From the human T2T-CHM13v2.0 reference genome, Homo sapiens, in the NCBI RefSeq assembly GCF_009914755.1, contig NC_060930.1: 64,000 bases of DNA. The stretch is one strand, 5' to 3'. Shown here in pieces: positions 55,961 through 64,000 of the stretch. Within the stretch, counting starts at the first letter, position 1; each line of letters starts with the position of its first letter. The translations under genes were made by a program, and so were the position numbers. Below the pieces are notes generated by a model, which saw nothing but the letters and a program-made list of their open reading frames with translations, was not told where the DNA came from and searched no databases.

Positions 55961-58900
55961 GGGGGTGCATTAAGAAAGAAACCCATGGAATATGAAAGCT
56001 GTGACGGGGACAGAAAATTTAAGAAAAAGCAGAAATTTTGTTTAAAGATTTAGGGAAAGTGTGGCTGTTTAAGAGACAAGCTCTGTACTCCCGTCCTCGT
56101 GAAGACTTCCATAAAATCTATACTATTTAAAGCTGCTTTTGGTGTTGAGTGTTGGAGTCTGTGAGTACAGGGTGAGGTCACGGGGTCCAATGGTCGCCTT
56201 GCCTGACGCCCTGTGGGGTGACTCCCACCTCCTTGGTCCCCTCCTCCTCAACCACCTGGCTGGGAGAGGGCTCGTACCCTCCTGCTTTGGGCTGCGTTCT
56301 CACTTTCACCCAGACCTCACGCTCCTAAACACCTCCTTGGATTTGGGCACATACGCGGTGGGGCCTCTTCAGCTGTAGAGTCATTAACCCTAAACTCCTT
56401 GTTCATGGAATCAACAGCCGACTGTGCCGTCCTCACCCTCGGGGCGCTGCCCTGTGGAGGGAACGTGGTCCATTCCGGAGCGCAGCTCTGCCCATGTTTG
56501 CCCGGTGACCTCGACCAGTATCCCCCCTCAAGTAAACGAGGGCTGCATCAGGCTTCCCTCCTCGCCCGTAGCAAGGGGCTTGCCCTTTTGCTTCTGCACC
56601 ATAAAAGCACTCATGTTCCAGAAAGACTTCTCATAACATCTGCTTGAAATTTTACTCCCCAAAATCGGACTTTTCTTACTAATTTCTAATTCTTCTCAAA
56701 AGGCAACTCAAGTCTATGTGACATATTTATCTGCCAATCTTTCTCCAATTCTTAATGTAAATTATACAGAAAATTGGTATTTGATATTTTTCGGCATGTT
56801 TCCTAGTGAAAGATAAGATTTTATATACCATGTAAATTTCATTACCTGAGAGAGGGGAAGAAAAAAGGTGAAAGGTACTGCTGAACCTGTACACTGCAAC
56901 AGTTTAATTTAAATTTATGATATGCTGTCATTGGGGAAAAAATCAGTAAAATATCTGAATGTTCACTTAACATATTTTCAACAAAATCTCATTTTTTTCT
57001 CCTCAAGTCTTTATTTGATTTACACACCAAGAAAAGCAGAAAGGATGGCAGGTTCAATTACAAAGCTAAGTCTTGAACTTTATGTTCATTTCGCTTTTAA
57101 CAGGTGTGTGTATGTAATACGCAGCCCTTCCGTGATCATCTGACCTGGCCCTCTTGGGAGATGTGGCCCAGGCTCCAGGAGCCCTCATACCCTGCACTGT
57201 TTTTACACGATACATGCCTGGGGACCAGGGTTTTGGAAAAAGGACCTGGAGGGCTGAGCTGGCAGCTGAAAAGGCAGGGTACCAGGAGCCACCCCTCAAT
57301 GGGCTAGGGCTAGGGACAGAGCTGGGAGCCACTCTACAGTTTGGTCTGGGTAGATGTGGGGGGTGATCTGAGTTGAGGTACATGTTTATAGCTTTTGAAT
57401 GGAGAAGGTAGGAGGTTGATTTCTGGCAACCAGTTGAGAACCATGAAGCGGGTGTGTAGAAGGCAAAAGGGGAAAACCAGGTGAATGAGAGGCCATGGTA
57501 AACCCAAAGGGGGGGCACGGGCTGGGGATGGAACAGATGAATCCATTCTAATGCCAAGTCCAGCCCCCGTCTGGCATTCCTGACATTCATACCCATTTGT
57601 GAGTAAATCTGGCAGAAAAGAAAGTGAAGGGGGAGACGTGAGGGTGGGCTCAGACTCAAAAACAGTCATGTCACTGCCTAATTGCTTTTATCCAAGTTAA
57701 AACAATTTTTTTAAACCAATGATGTTAGCTGAGGCAAAGCTCTTTAAAAGAAAAAAAGATTTTTTTAAACTTATTGAGCTATAATTTGTTACTGTTTTCA
57801 TCCATGCAACAAAAAACTTGGGATCAAACATTAGAAAATTAAATTAGGTTCATGCACAACCAAAGATCTTTTCTCTTGCCCTATGGACCTACTGAGTCGA
57901 AATTCCATTTTCCGTCTCCTCACAGCATTTCAGAGAAATGATTATCATCTGATGAATTGCACTAAAAGCAAATCACTAACAGATAGATCAGCACCATTCT
58001 TCTATTAATTAATGCCACTGTGTGTTGTGTATGTAACAAATGCAAATTATCGCATAGGGCAACATTGATTTTCTTTTCCATGCATTCCTCAGTACAATTC
58101 AAATGTGTTTTGGAAACTGCCCTGGACTGGGAGATTGCAATCATTGTAGCATTTTCCTCTTGATTTATAAGGCTCAATTATCTTTCTTTGGTTGTATGAA
58201 ATGTCTTTTCTAATAAAAGAGCCAAAAAGTGAGAGACAGCATTTCTAGCACCAGGCACAGAAGGGTGATGGGATAATATCAAATTTCCTATGGTTTAGCA
58301 AACATTGACAAATAGGGGAAATTAGGATTGCTCATCCAATATGTTTTGGCCTCAAAGGATTCAGCTAATAAAGTAACTAGAAAAATTAAATATGTGTAAG
58401 CCACAGCACCTTTAGAATACTTCACAGATTACCGAGTTGTGTCATTTATGGCAATGAATGTTTCCAGGCTGCAAGCAAAAAATTTATTTTTCACTTTACT
58501 TGAAAAGAAGATGATGCCTCCAAATATCACAGGGAATTGTTTCTTTTGTGTCCAAATGAGTTGAGATCTAAACCAACATTTAAATGGGCTTCAATCATGA
58601 ATTGCAAAATGCAGTTGAAATGAATATTGTTTTGCTGATAGTTTAGTCTGAAAGCAATTGTCTTTTTCCCTACAGATACAGTGCCTCCTTCATTAAGTGA
58701 CTTTTAGTTATTTTTTCATAACAGGCCATTATTTGTTTGAACAAATAAATTAACCTGGGGAGACCAACCATGACCCGCATTGGACTTTTCTGCCTGTAAG
58801 CAAGGCGTGGTCCAGGAGTCATAGGTTACGTGATGTATCACTGGCTGGTGCCACTGATTCCACTCTGAGTACTGAAGCTGTGGGCCTGCTATTAAACAAA

Positions 58901-61249
58901 TGTCCCGAACACCCAAGTCTCCCTGGGCCCCCAGCTGGCTGTTGCTGACAGTGCCACACAGTCACTGTGAGGACAGAAGTTCCACGGGGAAAGGGGAGGG
59001 GCATGTGCCTGGCACCAAGTTATGCCTTCAGTAGAAATGTGTCCAGCGTGTGAATGTTCACGTACACTCTGTGTTTGTGTTGCCCAGTGGTACCCAAGCG
59101 TATGCCTGCACCCCCAACAAGCTTCTTGGGGTTTTCATTAAGGACATTTCCAAGCTCCCAAGTCACTTCCTGTGTGTGTCAGAAGTGGCTCTTTTCATTT
59201 CCAAGACTGTGTAGCTGGTTGGCATCTACTTGTACCTACACGCCCACACACACAGCAGGAGCCGCGGGATGGTGGACCACCCCTCAGCTCCTCCTCTCTG
59301 GGTCCTCAGTCACCACCTAACCCACCCCAGTGGTCTCCTCCAGGTTCTGGTCCTGTCTGTCCATCCGCTGAAAAACTGAAGATGCTTAGAGTCTAAAAAA
59401 CTTGAGTGAAACCCTGAAACACTAACCTGATGGAAATTTATTATCTAATTTAGAAGAGAAGCAAGTGTCTTAATTGTCTCCTTGTTTTAACCAACAGAAG
59501 AGATTTCACCTGGGTCTCCAAGGCCCAGCTGCTGAGACTTAGTAACTGAGGCTAAGAAGCTATCTCACCCTGGTTAAATAAACAGGGTCCGTGATTGATG
59601 GTGTCTGTACAAAAACGAAATGTAGTCAAACAGAGTAAGCAGAGACTGAGCAAGCATTTACTAACATGTGGGCATCTGACAAAGCATTCTTACATTTGTA
59701 GTCTTTAATTTGACACAGAGATTTTGTCTGTAATGTCTTTGGCCACTTTTGTGTGTTCATTCAGTGATTCACAAAGACGAATAATTTCAGTGCCATGTGT
59801 GATTGTATTTCAAACAAAACTGAGTGTCCTAATCTGGAATATAGTCTCCATTTCATTTTGTAGGACAAGATAGAGCAGTTTGTTTCATACCATTCATTTA
59901 AATCATTTTTTTTCCTAAAAGAAAAGCTTTCTTAAGTCTCTTTCTTAATTCCTTCATTTGCATTCAGTTTGGGTGGAGCTGATTGATGACGTGTTTCCGT
60001 GTGAGCTTCATCGAGGATCTGTGCTTGAATCATCTAGTATTTTCTGTAAGGTCGGGCCAAGGAGACCTAACGTGTGCTAAACTTTACAAGCACATTTTAG
60101 ACACTGAAAATACACTGCCGTGCCTTGCAATTGCACAAATCATTTAAGAGCCCCTCTGTCATGGGAATAAGCTGCCTCCCTTTGTCATGCACTGTGTTCT
60201 GTATTTTCGAAAGGAAGGCCCAGCACTGACCATATTTCCTCCTACAAGGCCCCAGCCCATCAGCACAAGAGCTCGTGAGGCTGAACTCAAGCCCCGGAGA
60301 TCAAAAGTCCCATACTGTGGAAGCTTTAAGTATCTCATTCAGGATTCCATGAAACATTGCTTCATTTCTCAATACGTCTGTCCTCCGAAGGCACCAACTC
60401 ATTCAGTTGCTAAACTAATTCTTCATTTTCATGTAATCTTTTGGGAGAATAAAAGTGAGCAGTACTAAAATGAAAGTGTTTTTTAAACAATAATGGTGCC
60501 AGAACATGAGATTTTTAACCTTGGCAAACAAAGTATTTTAGCCACTAAAAAATTGCAGAGCTGTAAGAAATTGCTGAAAACTTCAATAGAGAAAAATTAA
60601 TTCCCCGTTATGCTTCTCTTTTTAGTAACCCATCGACAAAGAAGTGAATTGTCCTCCATGTTAGCGAAGTGGGGAGGTCCAGACTTGCTCCTTGTCTTTC
60701 TACCATTTTCTACCATCATTGTATGTAAAAGTCTAATCTTCATTTTAAGTCAGTTTATGCTTCCCAGACTAAACTCTGCAACAAATAATATGAATGTCAC
60801 ACATTTCATCTTTTGTAATTAATTCCAAACTAAATAAAACAAGGAGTTGTGAAAGTTGTTTTTCCCCTAGGATGTTCTACGTACATTTAGTAATAGTTTA
60901 TTATGGCTTTATCTTTTAAAGTCTACTTTCGCGGCACTTTTTAACTTAATTCTGTTAAACTACTCTTGGAAACTATCGATTCTATAAACTATGCCATTTT
61001 CAGAGACATAAAATTTTGTGCCTGAATTATAATTATAGCCTAAAGCCAAATATAATTTAGCACATTATCAGACTGGGGGTATTTTTAATACTAATCAGGG
61101 AGGACCCTCACTAAATATGGCTTTGTTCATTCAAAAATCGCACAGAGCCGGCGTCTCCGTGACAGGTTTGGAGAGCCGCACGTTAATATGGTTAGTTCTA
61201 AGTCAGCCATTAAGGAAACAGAATGGATCACGGGGTTCATAGAGATGGA

Positions 61250-62345
61250 GCCTCAGTCCTCTTCTCCTATTTATCTGCATTCATTCCCTTGGCCATCTCA
61301 AATTCAGCCTCACAGTTTTCAACACCGTCTCTGCACTGATGGTTCCCTCATTTGACACCCCTCTCCCCACCACACACTCTGAGCTTCTAACTCCTGTGTC
61401 CGACTTCCTAATCAGCCGCTGTGCTTGGATGTCCAGTAGGCCTTTTAAACTGAAGGCGCTCAAGACAACTCTTGACTCGGTCTCCGGGCATTTTCTGCCC
61501 CTACTCAGGTCTTTGGCCACCTAACTACATGGGACCACTATCTATGATTTACCAAGAACCGTAAAGTTATCTTGAAGTCCTCATTCCTTCACCTTTACCT
61601 CCTACCTCCAAATTCTGCAGCAGCAAAGCACTGCTCTACTCCATGGTCTTCATGAATCTGCTCACCCCTCAGCGCCTCCACCTCTGCCTCTTGCCTGGAT
61701 TGCTGCAACGGCTTCTAAAAAGTCCCTCTGCTTCCGGGACAGCCCATCGTCCACTCAGTAGCCAGAATGGTCTTTCTCAAAGTTCAATGAGATTTTGTCA
61801 CTCCCTTGCTTAACATCCTCCAATGATATTCCATGACGCTTAGAATCAATGTCAGTGCCCTTACCTTTGCATATAAGAGGTAACATCACCTCACCCTATG
61901 TATCTCCCTGACCCCATCTCATCTCTTTCTTGTTTGATATTCTCCAGTTGCATCAGAAGTCTTGCTGCTCTTCCAGCACACCAAGATTGATGCTGCCTCA
62001 GGGCCTTTGCACCAGCTCCTTCTTCTGCCTGGACACTCTCGCCCTGGTTCTGCGCATGGCTCCTTTCTCCTTTTTGTTTGGATTGCTGCTCAAATTGTGC
62101 CTCCACATGGAGGCTTTCTAAGTGATCCAGACCTACAGGCTCAGGCACACTCTATCCCCTCACTCTGTTTTCTTCTTCATAATATTTACAACCATCTGAA
62201 ATATGTAATGTTTACATAGCCGTTTGCTTAATACCTGTAAGATTCCACCAACTAGAGAGGCAGCATGTGAGAACAGGGGCTCTGTCTCACTCCGTGTCAG
62301 CTGCCTCTTGCCCAGAGGGTGCTCAGTAAGCATTTCTGATGATTA
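61250..62345 (+). mobile_element. LINE-2 (L2a-like) 3' part
   Basis: gcttggatgtccagtaggccttttaaactga, cagtagccagaatggtctttctcaaa, tgtcactcccttgcttaacatcctccaatg, gctgcctcagggcctttgcac, terminus gtgctcagtaagcatttctga. Confidence 0.8.
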
Positions 62346-64000
62346 TGTGACGTTAGAAGCCATCACTTACATACAAATTTTCTCATTCCTTGTTCAACAT
62401 TTACACATATTTATTTTTTCACAAAGGATTTGAAACAGCTTTAGGCAAAAACAAATACAATGAAAGTCAAAAATAGAAAACCTAGCACCAAGGAAAAAAA
62501 TACAGGAGAAAAGAAAAACCCAAAGCAAGGTGGCCAGTTACAACATTATCATGAGAAAGTAGGAAAGCACAGAGTATACTGTGCTTTAACAGAATAAGAC
62601 TTTTCCTAAGATAAAATTCTAAGTGAAGGTCACACAGTACAGGGCAATGTCCTCAGCAGTATTTGTAAAGCAAATGCAGTGGGCCTTTTCAAATGGCTGT
62701 TTCTTTGATCATGGCCAAGGGCCCAAAAGAAAATGCAGTATAATGAAGGGGGATCATTAAGGGGCTGAGTTCATACGCTCCAAGAATAGAGTGCTCTGGT
62801 ATCCTTACTTGAACCAAGAAATGACTTCCATTCTAGAAGGTTTACCTAATAACATAACCAGCATTTTTTATTGCTAAGAATTAAAGGGAGTTTCATAATT
62901 CAATGAAAATAAAGCATTAAAGAAATGCTAGTGTAAATATGTGTCCACTCATATTGCTCTAGCTAGAAACCCTCAATCTGCCACAGGCCTGCCACAGCCC
63001 TGGAGGAGCGCTCCTTATGCTCCTTCTGTGAATGTTCTCCCATATGTTTCCTACTCCCTTAGAAAAATAGGTATTATTATTATTAAAAGCATTAAGAGAT
63101 ATTAAGAATTGCAATGTGCTTTATATTATGTAGTTTATCTTCTAAAAAATTAAAATGCAAAATTGTCATCATGATGGATCTTCTGTCACATATAGATTGT
63201 GAAGTTCAGGAGTTGGTATTGAGCAGAACCTGCTTCTAACAATATTGAGCATTCCTTTGACCACAGTTTGATGAGGTCCCAGGAGCACGCTCTATTTTTA
63301 AAAGCGTTACTTAAAAAGCACTCCTGGAAAGTCTTCAGTGAGCCTCAGGTCAAAGCTGCAGTCATTTCTATTAGGACCCCCCTCCATAACAAACAATCTT
63401 TAACAGACACCAAGAAGCCTGCTGTTAACACAACCTCCTACTTCACCGTCTACCTGCCACTGTCCCATCTCATCAGTAAACAAGCAGCTATTTGTCTCTT
63501 TCCGTTAAAAGCACCTACCCCCAACTTCAATCAGATTAAGAAAAATTCTTTTCTACTTTTTCCCTGTGAAGTTGGTTTTTATTCTATGTATTAAAACCAG
63601 GGTCCTTTGAAAGATACACTTCTGTAACATTGGCACGGTAGAGACACAACTGCATGTTGACGAAGTATATAACCTCTCCTTCCAGCAACACCACAGACTT
63701 CCAGGTAAAGCCAAAGACTCGTTTTCCTATGCTGCAAAGCCATCTCCAAGAAAATGCTACCTCCATGCCCCACTGAATGGCAACAAGGGTCATCAATATT
63801 TTGCAAAGGGCAAATAGAGAATGGCAAGAAAGAGACACACAGTGCCAGGCGGAGAGGTTGTTGAATGTTGCATGGGTGGGGTGAGGAGCCTGTCACAATC
63901 ATGTGCCCCGCAAGAAAGATTCCCTTCTTTGTTTCATTCAGCTGTCGCTGAGAATCAAAGAATGCATTAGTAATTGCTATTGTTTGTAGCATTTCTTGTG

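Overview
This is primate, most likely human, nuclear non-coding DNA; AluJ/S/Y, L1PA, THE1/MST and MER4 elements show this. I cannot place it at a named locus without a search. I find no intact protein-coding gene, rRNA, tRNA or CRISPR array. The ORF track is explained by Alu, L1 and LTR remnants, CA-rich repeats and chance frames in GC-rich DNA. A large fraction of the window is interspersed repeat: 8 Alu/FLAM copies, 4 L1 fragments, 6 solo LTRs, several hAT DNA transposons and many L2/MIR relics. Many of these still have readable target-site duplications (TSDs). The most notable items are: (i) a TSD-flanked, 3'-truncated retrocopy of U13 (SNORD13) snoRNA at 42557-42651; (ii) a nested transposon stack at 39.5-42.4 kb; (iii) a CpG-rich unique segment at 11.2-11.8 kb carrying GAS, STAT6-type and ETS-IRF motifs; (iv) a CpG-rich candidate first exon directly after a 450-bp CA-rich repeat at 55.8 kb; (v) a well-formed candidate minus-strand non-coding exon at 19.4-19.6 kb; (vi) several young tandem duplications. 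I see no evidence for a new multi-gene biological system. The regulatory and exon calls are hypotheses. Repeat subfamily names come from remembered consensus features and need RepeatMasker/Dfam confirmation.
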